In this document: positions 26,301 through 38,665 of the stretch, piece by piece
Layout: each line of letters begins with the position of its first letter
How positions within the stretch are numbered: the first letter of the stretch is position 1
NCBI GenBank assembly: GCA_051294375.1
Contig: CM119267.1
Span: 19,667,546-19,731,545 of the forward strand
Length of the DNA stretch: 64,000 bases
Direction: 5' to 3'
From: Paraspadella gotoi
Lineage: Eukaryota > Animalia > Chaetognatha
Program-made: the position numbers and the translations under genes
Notes under the pieces: generated by a model
What the model saw: the letters and a program-made list of their open reading frames with translations, nothing else
The model's database searches: none
Told to the model about the DNA's origin: nothing

Positions 26301-28951
26301 TCCAGTTTCTCAACCTTTTGCCAAATATTACCCAGAGTCCTAATCGCTGCCGCACGGACCAAGGGATCCACTTCAGGCTGGGCCAGCCCCAGAGGAATAG
26401 TCATGCAGAGAACGACCTTGTCCCTGGGCAGCATCTGGAACACCTGGGGCCCCATAGTGGCGATGGCGTCACAGGCCGACGCTTGGATGAGCGCCTCGTT
26501 CATGTTCTGTAGCGCGGAGATGAGAGCGACGTCGCCAAGCATAGAGACCCATATGTCTTTGATCTCCGCCAGAGAGACACGCCTCATCGAAGGCTTTCTC
26601 TCCGTCTTTAAATCGCCGCAACCGCTGTTAGCCGTCTCCAGTTCCGTCAGAAGTGCCCGACCAAATTCCTCGAGGAGCTTGGCGCTGTGCAGCTGGACGG
26701 ATGTTTCCGCGTCGACGAGACCGGCCTTGATGATCGAGACGAGATCGGGAATGCCCACGCGCAGAACGGGCAAATGCGAACGAACCATATAGCCGAGCAG
26801 TTGCAAAGCTTCGATGCGGAGTGGAGCGACTCTGGATTCGTGATCGACGGCCGGTTTGACGATGTTGAAGCAGTGGCGTGCCAACCAAGAGACGGAGGGA
26901 GCGGCCGCGGGGGTCGGTTCGGAGGGGGACTCGACTGCTCCGTCTCTTCCGACCGGAGAATGTTCCGAGCTTTCCTTCTCCATCAAAACGCTGTGAACTT
27001 CATCGACGACGTTTTGCGCGCAAAGGACTGAACCCAGACACGTCAGCGACGCAATTTTCACGCCAACTTCTTTGTGGTTAACGAAGTGACGAACTTTCCG
27101 TACCACCTTAGTTAAAAGGCCTTCGGTCAATTTGTAATATGGAACGTTGACGACCAAAGAGGCGATGCATTTGAGTATTTGCGTCAAGGCAATGTGATTG
27201 GTTTCTGAAGCGAGCGCTTGTAGCAAGGCCCGGTGAAGCTCGTGAATTGTCCCCGACAACGTTTGAGACAAAGGCGTAAACGCGAGTTGAGGCGCGGCAT
27301 TGCTCGCGCTTCGACGTTTCGGGTTGTCATCAGCGATTGCTAGGTACTGCTTGGAGCCTTCGAGGAGGTAGCTGAGGACGGAGACGGCCGTTGCGCGAAC
27401 CTTTGTGGAGGGATCCTTCAAGATTGAGACTAAGAGATTAGACTCTAGAGCGGCGTTTCCCGCGGGCCCCGTGGGAAGCGCGTGGTCGGGCAAAAACGCC
27501 GACCAATATCCAAGAATCACTCGGCGATCCGTGCATTTTATGACCGAGTAGAGGGTGGCATGGCATTGCTGGCGAAGCGCGCTCGAGGCTCCACGAAGCT
27601 TACTCAACGTTCCTCCCTCCGTATCGGAAAACTCTGATTCCGAAGAAGTTAATTTGAATTGCCTATGAGCGAAAGCGGAAGAATTGGCATTGTAGTTAGG
27701 GTGCCGATAAATTGCACCTTCGCCGTAACCGGCCCCAGGGAAAAAATCCGGTGCATGCGGATTAAGTCCGCGTTTGACCAGCCGCTGGGACGATCCGTCG
27801 CTTGTTTCTATAGGAGAACATAACGCCTGCTCCGGTTTGAAATCCCCGGCGCCACTTTTTTCATCTCCGGTGGCCACAGCGTATTGACTTTTGTTGTTCT
27901 TCTTCCCACGACGCCGGTTTTTCTTGTTTGGCGACGGCGCCACCTTCCCGGGCAAAATTCCGATTTCTTTCATGGTAAGCGGCGCGTCGGGAATACTGAG
28001 CGGAGTCGGGAAGAGTCGCGACGAAAAGTTGAGCCCCGGCGGCGGAGAGTAAGAGCCGGAAATGCCGAAAAACATGAAAGACTTGAGTGAGGCCAAGAGA
28101 TGGCCGATAGTCTCGGCGTGGACCCCGTGATGCAGCAGCAGGCAATTCTCGAGACCGTTCACACAGGCCAACATGCGTTGGGCGAAAGCGATTGAGGCGT
28201 CGATAGCGCCGGAAGAGGATGAAGGTAGCGGTGAAGAGGAAGAGATGGGGGGCAAACTAATCGGAGTTAAAAGAAGGTTAAGGAAAAGATCGTAGCACCG
28301 AGCGGCGTGATCCACGCCGATCGACATCTCGTTGGCCACACGGGCTGAAGTTTTCATTAAGATGTTCCGAAGGCACTTTAAGGCGGCAAGGCGGATCGTC
28401 GCCGGCCGAGGTTCAAGGCACAGCGGCGGAAGAATACCCCCGACGTTTAGGGCCTGGACGTGTGCGAAATTGACTCGCGGCGCCTTGGAAGACCCGAGCA
28501 GAGAATCGCGAAGATCGGCAGTGAGTCGCGAACCATTTTCGAAAAGCAAGGCACCTAAGGCCGTCAGAATAAGCTCAACTGAGGGGGAAGTCTCGGAGGA
28601 ATAGTAGCGCGACAAGAGGCGGGTCAGAAAACCGACGAGAACGTTCAAGCCTCGATCGCTCAGTGTCAGATGGCTTTTCAGAGTCAACCTTTCGGTCAAT
28701 TGACAGGATTTTAAAAAGAGGCGTTCATGACATTCAAAGTCGAGACGTTCACAAAGATCGAAACAAGCAATCAATCCATCCTCGTTAGCGGCGTTGTTGG
28801 CTGGACCGGAAACGTCACTAGCAAGCAAAAGGTCCAAGCGCTGCTCGAAAAGAGCCGACCAATCGGATTCTTGGCGGCTCAAACATAACTTCGTTATAAA
28901 ATCTAAGTCATTTTGATAAGTCTGATGATTAGGGGCGAAAAAGTGGGCCAT
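23367..28951 (-). CDS. HEATR6: HEAT repeat-containing protein 6
   Basis: SSESEFSDTEGG, ILKDPSTKVRA, AFTPLSQTL, DKVRANAVRAVGNLLRY, KVRWNACYALANM, NFKVRINAALAL. Confidence 0.9.
23890..25305. mobile_element. TA-targeting (Tc1/mariner-type) MITE in the last HEATR6 intron; length inflated by a duplication across the N gap
   Basis: ~50-bp TIRs CATGGTGACAATTTTACAAGCGCCGGTA..., TA on both sides; same family as 46405-47321 in opposite orientation. Confidence 0.9.
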
Positions 28952-29165
28952 AATTTATTCACTGTTGGGTTTCATCATTTTCATTCTTAAGGAAAAAAAA
29001 TTTAATTTAAATTATTAATAAATAAGTATTCAGATCAGAATTATTTAATATTTGGCGATGCAACAAGATACAAAGAGAAATTAAAATTAAGATATTCTTG
29101 AAATAAAACTTTGATTTACAACTTCAGCTTACTTCGAAATTTGATGTTATTCTTTTTATTTCGAA

Positions 29166-30053
29166 ATGGATAACCTTTTCGGATCTAATTCAATTACTTT
29201 GAGCGTTCATCAAACCACATTGATAACCGACGTCCGATTGTGTCGAAAACTTTACGAAGTAAGGACTAAATAAATTGAAAGGTGTGCCACTTTTGATAAG
29301 AATTTATTGACTGGTAAATTCGGGTACTTTTTAAACACTATTTTTTTTATTAGAAAAAGAGGGATTAATTCGGTGAGTCATAAACTTGGCAGTCGTAACT
29401 AATTACATCTTTGTAGATCTTAATCAAATGACCCCTTTGAAGCGGCTTCAACGGACAGGGAAATCAACCACCAGAAAACGCTCTTTATATCTTTTATCAA
29501 AATTCTGCCTAGAGAGTCGCCACGCCTTATTTTATTCTTAGGAGTTGCTAGATCAGGCGAAGAGGCGAAAGTTCGCCACATCGGTGAGCATTCGTCGCAA
29601 AATGATCTCACTTGGATTCCAAATGACAAGAGAAGAACTCGAGAAGGTTTCTTAATACTTACGTCATGAAAGTTAAAATAAACTTAAAATCACAGCGATT
29701 CTCTACCTAAAGCTCGCCAAAGACATCCGCGTCCGGCAGGAAACGTCCAAATTAACGTGGAAGGATTTTGTTGACATCATCGAAAGGGCCGAGATCAACC
29801 AACACTTCGTCGTTCTCTTTCAAAAAGCGGACAAGGACGAAGATGGGTACGTCTTTGGCATTAGCGGTAGTCATGACTAGACATGTGAAGATGGATTTAA
29901 ATCTTATTCGCCAACAGACTGGTTACGGGCAACGAGCTGACAGTCGCCTTCGATGAGTTGTGCGACGAAGGCTCTTACTACATTGTCCCTAAGTTTCGAA
30001 TGTTGGCTAAATTGGTCCAAACGACCATCGGAAGCACGGTGATTTTAGTGTAA
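29166..30053 (+). CDS. EF-hand (calmodulin-like) protein; exons 29166-29258, 29542-29646, 29713-29846, 29918-30053; 3' end uncertain
   Basis: Manual splicing with GT-AG sites in consistent phase gives RKLYE|ELLDQAK...KMISLGFQMTREELEK|LAKDI...LTWKDFVDII...LFQKADKDEDG|LVTGNELTVAF, which includes a canonical EF loop. Confidence 0.65.
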
Positions 30054-30445
30054 TAATTTCATATAAGTGAAAAACATTTGTTTAATTTTATGAAACTATT
30101 TTTGAACAACAACAACAAGGTTGAGCCCACAATAATTTAATTTATTATTCCATTCGCTCTACTTCTACTCCCAAAACCCAAAACTCAGCAAGCGGACTTG
30201 ACCGAAGTGAAGGAATCCGCTGATGTATATCTCTTGATGATCGACGAAGTGACTAACCTCGAAGCGAACGAGACACGCCGCACGGGCGACGACGAAATCG
30301 ACGACGACGCAGTGCATTACAACAACGATCACGCCGAAGACGCGTGGTTTGCGGACAATGATCGTGACGGTTGCGTCGTCAGCTGAAATCAACTCGTTTC
30401 AAAGAAAACTTCTTGATCAATTTTCGTCTTATATTTAGTTGGTTT

Positions 30446-32894
30446 TTATGCATCGTCGCTTTGTTTCCTTTTTCTATAAAATACAACGAAGACGTCGAAA
30501 TTAACCTGAAGGTTCGACCCTTCTCCGTTCAAACGGGCGACTTCTGTCTTTAACTCTTCCAATAGTGAGACGTTGTCGGGATCTCTTTTCAGCAAGCGGC
30601 GATACCCGGACCAGGTGTCCACGTAGTTAAAAAAGTCGTCGAGAGGCCATTCATAGTTAAGGGTCAGTGCCTTTGCCTCGCGCCATGAGTCAAGGCCGAG
30701 CGCTAAGTCCGGGAGCTCCAAACCTTCGTAGCGTGTCTCCACATGACGTCTGTCCGCGGGCCAATCGAGTCGCCTGTAAAACCGATATAGCGTTGCGTTC
30801 AACGCATTAGTCTCATCGGAGACGTCGAATTTGTGACGGGAGCCGATAACAGGGGTGGAGTAGCCGAAAATGGCCGCCAAACCACCAGGAAAAAGAATTC
30901 TCCGACATTCCTTCAAGAAACCGGCCATGTCGAACCAATGTGCCGCCTGTATAGTATAAGAACAAAAAAAAATGTCCTTGGGGAAGGTATCGCTGTATGC
31001 CTATTGCCTAACCTGTCCGGCGATGACCAAATCTACGCTGGAATCCTCGACGTTGACTTTTTCGGCCACGCCGACCTCGAACCGCAGCTCCTCCGTCTCC
31101 GAAGAGATTTTTTTTATCGCTTCTGCGATTTGATTGGCTGAGGGATCGGTTGCCAAAGCTCGGCGAAAGTAAGTCAAAAAGGGTAAGGTGCTTTGCCCAC
31201 TACCGCATCCGAGATCGACCAGTTGATTCCATTTGCCGTCATACTTAAAAGCAAATATTCTTAGGCATTTTTTAAAATCTTATAGCCATCTTATGAAAGT
31301 TACAAAATTACTTATCTTGTTATCTTTATTTTTTAGATTTAAAATAACTTATTTATAATTTCATTTATTTGTTAAAATATTTTTGTGTTAAATATTTAAA
31401 TATAATATTATTTATGTTTGGGATGGGGACGTTTTCTGGAAATAGAGGGTGCATCTACACAACACAAGGTTAGATTACTTTCTGTTCCAGTTTTCTAATA
31501 GATATCGTACATCATTCCTGTCGGAAAATCATTAATGAAAAACTCATAATATCTATAAGGCCGAACAAAAAGGGGGAATGTATGGCAACGGAAGGATAGC
31601 CTGTGATACCCGGGGCGCGGGGTATCTCACCAACTGGCGTAGGGGCTGCGGACCCTCAGTGACCGCCTCCTGTCACTGGCATGTTTATACCGGCACCGTC
31701 ACATTTAAGCCAGAACCGGGATACCCAGGGATTGAACCCGGGACGCACGGATGGAATGAGATGATTTAGCCTGCTCAGCCATTGAGACGAGGCTGAGGAC
31801 GGACAGCAGTGAGGCAGCTTTAAGTCTTGCTGCCACAGGATCCCCCCACCAGACTTCTCCACAGGGGCCTCAATCCTGAGGAGATGTCTGAGAGAAGGTT
31901 TTGATCTCATTGCCATAGTGAGAGCGAGCGGGCGAGCGAGCGAGTCTGGAGCGTTACCAGAGAAGTAGGGCATAGGCGTGATATGCATACCCTAAGCGAC
32001 GTAAGCATGGGCGCACGGTGCGCAGCGGTTGCGTGTTCGAGAGTAGGGCTCACCACTTATGGCAACGGAAGGATAGCCTGTGATACCTGGGGCGCGGGGT
32101 ATCTCACCAACTGGCGTAGGGGCTGCGGACCCTCAGTGACCGCCTCCGTCACTGGCATGTTTATACCGGCACCGTCACATTTAAGCCAGAACCGGGATAC
32201 CCAGGGATTGAACCCGGGACGCACGGATGGAATGAGATGATTTAGCCTGCTCAGCCATTGAGACGAGGCTGAGGACGGACAGCAGTGATGCAGCTTTAAG
32301 TCTTGCTGCCACAAATGTATAATTTTTGGGGGGATTAATGTTGTGTAATAATCCTTTCTTTTTTGTTATGATGTAAATTAGGGATAAAGTTTGAAAGTTT
32401 CAAACTTTATCCCTAATCTACATCACAACAAAAAAAGAAAGGGATTAAGGTTATATGGTATGATTATTTTTATCTTAAGGATAAGACTACATGGTAGAAT
32501 TGTATGCTCTGATAGGGATACATACTGGGGAAATTTTTTAGGGGCAACTTTATATTTCGAATGTAATTTTAATTTTTATATATATATATATATATATATT
32601 TCTATATCGTTTTTTAAGTCAAATATAAAGGTCATCAGTCGGGAACCTATACCCTTCATGGATTTCGGCTCTTTAATCCCAATATCCAGGTATAGGCGAG
32701 CCATCACCAAATTATGTGATAATTATTTCCTTATCTTATTCCTGAATTTTTTAAATTGTTTTAGCCCTTACATCAGAAGGTCGTTTGTGACTCAAAGTTT
32801 CCATGATGTGCCGAACCAATTCCTTGGAGTAACTTGGGCGGTAAATTGCGTACGCGGCGGCATGCGACGCTTCTTCAAAAAACGACTTCGACAT
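30446..32894 (-). CDS. Class I SAM-dependent methyltransferase (Methyltransf_11 type), 3 exons
   Basis: MSKSFFEEASHAAAYAIYRPSY; LVDLGCGSGQST; TDPSANQIAEA; SVDLVIAGQ|AAHWFD; YVDTWSGYR. Confidence 0.85.
31634..31713 (-). ncRNA. Twister ribozyme, type P5 (3' LTR, family B)
   Basis: Same core as 32111-32189; predicted cleavage 31687^31686. Confidence 0.8.
32111..32189 (-). ncRNA. Twister ribozyme, type P5 (5' LTR, family B)
   Basis: P5 CTGGC/GCCAG; P2 ATGT/ACAT; GA-CGG vs CCG-CAGC; U^AA (32163^32162); GCC; P3 AGTGAC/GTCACT; P4 AGGG/CCCT. Confidence 0.8.
32204..32257 (-). promoter_or_regulatory. Pol III A box / B box pair in the 5' LTR of family B
   Basis: A box TGGCTGAGCAGG and B box GGGTTCAATCCC at tRNA-like spacing; repeated in the 3' LTR. 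Confidence 0.7.
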
Positions 32895-33316
32895 TTCCGT
32901 TTTTTTTTCTTCTTTATGTACTTCTATCTGTGATCATCTTGCGCGCTATTTATATTAACAGTTTCGACAACGTTAGAATCAAAGTGAACACCCAAGAAAA
33001 ATTTGGGGGTTGAACCCTATGTATTTAAAGTATGACACCGACACCGGCGATACCCTAAAGCGACACGTACAGATGAACCGGCTAATACACCTACAGTACC
33101 AGCATTTGGCCGATAAAATAAGTTTCAAAATAATATGAAAGACATTTTTAAAACGAATAAACTAGTAAAAATAGAGACAGTTTTGACAGCGGGGAAAACA
33201 TTAAAAAAAAAGCTAGATGATGTGATGCAAGTACTAAAAAAATATGCAACAAATTCATGGAAAGTTTACGTTTTTTTTTAGCATCGACAAAGTTTATCTT
33301 GATTAATTTCAGTAAG

Positions 33317-36300
33317 TTAGGAAATTCGAAGTTTGCTAGAACCGAGAAAGAAAAGCAAAACCCTATCCACTGCGAGAGTCCCGAAAAAGTCCACGCCCAA
33401 GATCTGCGTAAAGATCACAAAATGAAAATCAAACACAGGGCATTGAAATTTATTAAAATCAATATCGTCAAACCTTGAGCACGTTCATCTTGTACTCGTG
33501 GTCCAGATCGACGAGTTCAAACCACTTGGTTAAATCTGTCGGGTAGCCGAGCACTAGGCAAAGGAGCGTCACGCCGGGAATGAGTAGGCTGTAGAAGAAC
33601 GGCTTGTTCTGGGTGATCGACTCCATAAAGGGGTGACCGCGGTAGTTGACGGCGAAGTTGGCCGTCTGTGAAAATTTCGAACCAGAATAAACTTTGATAA
33701 TTGGGTAACTGCGACTGAGAGAGAAAAGCTTTCACTTGCCTGTAAGGCCATCTGCATGATCCAGACAGAGGTGTTGAGCAAAGAGGGTTCAAATTCCTTT
33801 TCTTTATCGACGACCGCATCCCAAGAACCAGGAGCTCCCGGGGGTGTTGCGTCTTTAGCCATTTTAACGATGCTAAGAAGGCAACCTGAATAGAATAGCA
33901 ATACATGCACGTTTAATCAAGTTGAGAATGAAAACAAAAAAAATATGACGAAAATACATGCAATTGCAAAGAAACTACATATTTAAAGGCATAGAATATA
34001 GCGTGAAATTAAGAAAAAGGTGACACGTGACAATGAGGGCGGAGGGGAATTATAGACTTCCGTTTTTTTCTCACCTAGATGAATAGCAAACTGGCAAAAA
34101 ACAGAGAGGATAGTGTAGAGATTAAAGATGTTCCTGAGAGGGCGCTGCTTGGACAGAGTGTCGAGGGACTTGGCCTTCGTGATAAAAAGAAAGAGGCCGG
34201 CGAGGAGGAGCGCCTGGAAGGTCGCCTGTGAGTCGGACGCCTTGACTCCGTCGAGGTAGAGCACCGACTGACAGTAGGCCCACACCAAAGAATTGATGCC
34301 CAAGATTTTAAACATCTGCGAAGAAACAAAGGATCTAATCGAGCTGTTCCGCGAAGAGGCGAGAAAAGAGCTGCGTTTTTCCTTTACCAGTAAAGTTGTG
34401 ACGAGTGTGCAGCGGCCCTGTTTGATAATGTGACAGACGCACTCGATGCTGGACAGCTTGGACGTAAAGGGGGCGGCGATGGAAGCATCCCCGAACTGAA
34501 CGATCGAAGCGCGCGCCTCCGCTTCCATCTCCTCCTTCATTTGCTGCAGCGCGAGTTGGGCTAAGGTAAAAAGGTAAATTATTACCAAGTTAACTTTTTA
34601 ACGCAAACCAAAAATTATTACTCGGCGTAAGCGCTTCCTTGGGCTTTTGCTGTTGTTGCTGCTGTTGCTGTTGTTTTAACTGTTTCTGAGAATTCTGGTG
34701 CTCTAACTGCCTTCCCTTTGGAGGCCGGCCCTTGATTGCACGCGCGCCGTGACCGCGGGGCTGGAAATGAAAAACATGACTAGTACAGTAAAGATACAAA
34801 TCTTAAGATGACGATGGGACAGAATCTTGAGACACGAACCCCGTTCTGTTGAGGACCTCCCGAAGAGGCGCCGTGACCGTTGGCCGTGGGCGGAGGCTCT
34901 GGTTTGGCGAGAGAGGACGAAGACAATAACGCCACCCCGACATCGGCGTGTTTCAAGGCGCCGACGTCGTTGGTTCCGTCGCCGCACATGAGCACTGTCC
35001 ACCCAAGAGCTTTGTAGCTGTTGACGACCTTCGAAGAGAGGGGGGAGGGGGTAAACGTAAAGAAAGCTTGAAAAATATAAAGAGAATACGCGGGATTCTT
35101 CAAAAATTACTTGTTCTTTCTGTTTCGGCGACATTCTAGCGAAAACCTTGACGTGCGGCAGGAGAGTCCTGAAATCGGGAAGGAAAAAAAAATAGGGCGT
35201 TAATTCTAAATAAAAAAAAACAAGAAATACATACTGGTGATCTTCAAATCGCACCTGAACATTTTCGGGTCCTCCAGCGATATGTGTTGGAAGGAGGGTC
35301 CAACGAGGCAGAGATCATACTGATCGGTTTTCGGAACCGAATTCATCACTGTTTTTCCATCTATCGACTGAATGAAATAAAATTTTAAAGAAATAAGTAA
35401 CCAGGATTTCGTAGGTGAGGGTAATTTTCTGACAAACTTACCTCCCAATGATACCTCTGCGGATCGATATCGTTCGGAGGATAATAAACTAGAGTTTCTT
35501 TTTTTGTGAACCTTAACTCTTTCGCCACGTGACATGCCGTCAATGCATTGTCGCCGGTGATCATAACGACGTGGTGTGAAGATTGAATGATGTCCTGATA
35601 TCAAAGTTAATTTAAAATGAAAAAAATATAAAATTAATAATTTAATGCCGAACGACTTACCTTTATAACTGATTTTGAATGAGGTTTAAGTGGACACGAA
35701 ACAATGAGGAAACCCGCAAAAGTGAGATCATTTTCTGCCTCATCGCGGCCGAAATCGCGAACCTAAAACCGAATAAACATGAAATCCCTTTCACGATCTT
35801 TTTTTATTTTTTACGAAATTTGAGTAAACCTCGTACCTCTTGATGCGACAACTTCCCGAGGTCTCTGTAACCAAGGGCCAAAACTCTGGCCCCCTTTCGG
35901 GCGAAAGTTAGATAAGTGGATTCGTAGTCGAGGGGCAGTGAAGAAAAGCGAGACTGCAGCACTTCCGGGGCTCCCTTTACAGACACCATGTAATCTGACG
36001 AAACAAGAAATACGTTACCAGTTTCTTTATATAAAAATTAAAGGCGTTGCGCGGACTTACTCGTGTCAGAAGATCCCGACTGGGTGTGGCCGGCGATGAC
36101 GGACATTCTCTTCAGCGTGCTGTTAAAGTGAAACCGTTGAAAGATTTTGAGACCGTGCGACTTTGACTTGTTGGGCACGACGCATTGACCTCGCGTCAGC
36201 GTCCAGTCTAGGGAGGCAAGCGTGGCCTTCTCCAACGGATCGCCGATAATGTCGTCGTCGAGTGGGGCAAGGGAATGACAAGTCGCCAGGGCGTGGATCG

Positions 36301-38665
36301 TCGTGAGGGGTGCCGACTGCGGCGGTACGACGGTGAGAGGACCCTCGGCCGATTCAAGGCCGGCGACTCCTGAACGAGGGTAAGGTTGACGAGACAAAAG
36401 AATTAGGTTTTTAAAAAAAATCAATAGTTTCGAAATCGCTTTTTACCAAACGACAAATTACCTTCGATGATGATCTTGTCTGCGGTGAGAGTACCCGTCT
36501 TATCAAAGCAACAAACTTCCGCTTTTCCAGCCAGGGGCATACGAAACGCTTCCGTACAATAGATACTCAACCTAAAAATGTCGAACATCAAATAGGAGTC
36601 AAAATTTGTCAAACCTAAACGAGCCTGCTTACAATTTTGAAAACGACTTACTCCCTCAAGTAGTTGACCGACGTGGTAACGGCCAGGGAAAGTTCTATAG
36701 GCAACTCTGGCGGTATCACAGTCGTAATAATGAGGGCACACTCGACGAACAGCTTGTACCTAAAATAAGATCTATCCTCAAATCCTCAATCAGAGCAGAG
36801 AGAAAAAATGCTTTTCTCCGCACCTGCTTCTGTCTGGCTCCTTGGTACCTTCCCGCCACACGTAGCTGGCGGCGGCGACGGCGAAGGTGAGGAGAAAGAG
36901 AATGAAGCCGAATGCCTCCTTGTTATTTGCCGTCTCGCGAGTCACGCTGAAAAGAATCGTGCGGAGCAACCGACCTGAAACGATGAGAGAAAAAGGTAAG
37001 GACTAAGAAGTGGGGCAACTAAAACTGAGATTAGTGGTCCGATATTCATCAGATTATCACCTTGCGAGGTGTTGAATCCCGTCCTTACGACGTAGGCGAG
37101 GCATCCGTTGTCGGTGGCCGTTAGGCCGGCACACTCCTTGGGGGGCGGGTTGTGCTGAACAATCTTGGTGCCGCCGGAAAGAATGTGGAGTTTATCCGTT
37201 TGAAGATCGAGTTCTCGATCGAATTCGGTTATGCCTTTAGAGAATTGGAAATAAAATAATCGTTAAAAATCAAGAGAATTATTTTGAGCATTCTCTTCGC
37301 TTACTTTCGATAGATTCTTTCATGACGGGTATGCTTTCGCCGGTTAGCAACGACTCGTCGACGATGCAAGATCCGCGAACAAGAACGAGATCGCATGGGA
37401 CCAGCTCCTGAGATCTCGTCACGGAAACCAAATCTCCTGTGGCGAGATAAGTCAAATCGTTAACCAAAACTTTGCGATGATGAAGCGACAAAAATGACAC
37501 TAACCTGGACACAATTCCGACGACAATATGTGCCGCCATTTTCGGTTTCGGTACACGTTGATATTGTAAGGCTTGGAACCCATTTCCCGGATGTCGTAGA
37601 AACTTCGCATCGTCATCTTGACTTGCATCGCTTCGAAAACGACGAGCATTCCCAATGTAAAGAGGCTGTAATAAGCATAGTCGTCGAGCAACCAAAGACC
37701 GACGCAAAACACTGTAGAGCAGAAAAGGATTGTAATATGAAAAAAAAGAGAAGGCGATAAGACAAATTAGTAAGACAAAAAAAAAAAAAACCAAAAAACG
37801 AACGAGAACGATATGAAATAGTAATTAGTACCTTGAAAAACGAAGAAGGGAGCGATGGCCCTCTCCTTGAAGAGCTCGAGAAATTGAGGGACCTCCATCT
37901 GCGTCAGGTTTTTTCCAAAATAATCTACGGCGTTCTTGACCTGGACGTCGTCCGAGAATCCTTTACTTTTCGAGTACTCGGCGAGCAAGAGAGAATCGGG
38001 GAAAGCGATGGGGACGAACTGTTTCTTCTCGTCGCCGTCGTAGACGTATTTAAGTTTTTGAAAGATGAACCAGAGGGTGAACGTCTTGTCCTCGCTGTCG
38101 GTTTGACGGTGGAGGCGGACGAGCTCGGGAGATCCGTTATTGGGAAGGGGGACAACCTGGAGAGAGAGAAGGATGAGAATGAAGGCAAGGGGAATGAAAA
38201 GTGAACGATATATATTTTTTTTAAAACTAGCAAAAACTACTAGAATTTCCACATTCACAGCCTATACAATGGAATCGAATGGTTTTCTACCTTCACAAAT
38301 TCCGCCTTGTAGGGATCAGCCTCTGAGGAGCAAGTGAGCGCGCAACGGAAATGCACGCTCCACTGGCACGAGAGAAAGACGAGCATCTGCAAGACCGCGG
38401 CTACCGAGGTTAAAATAAGACCCGCGTCCTTGAACTCTTCGAAACCCGCCACAAAAAACCAGACGTAGGCGATCGCACCATAAACGAGCACCCATGGGCC
38501 TAAAAAAATTCAATCAAGATTCAATAAGGAAGACAAGTTGAGCCACAGAACATTGATACAGTTCAGCGCATTACCTAGATATGCGTGTAAAACAAGAGGG
38601 TTTATATTGTAGAGGCGGATGTAATCCAGTTCGTCGTCCTTGCCCAAAAGCTTCGCGGGGGCCAT
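33317..38665 (-). CDS. ATP13A1: P5A-type ATPase (ER transmembrane helix dislocase), many short introns
   Basis: [93 protein letters not shown]. Confidence 0.95.

Larger units (their letters stand above)
31581..32313 (-). mobile_element. Miniature non-autonomous LTR retroelement, family B (LTRs 32058-32313 and 31581-31837), in methyltransferase intron 1
   Basis: Near-identical ~256-bp LTRs (about 3 differences) with termini TGTGGCA...TGCCATA. 4-bp TSD AATG. PBS TGGTGAGCCC 2 nt after the 5' LTR; G-tract before the 3' LTR. Confidence 0.9.
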
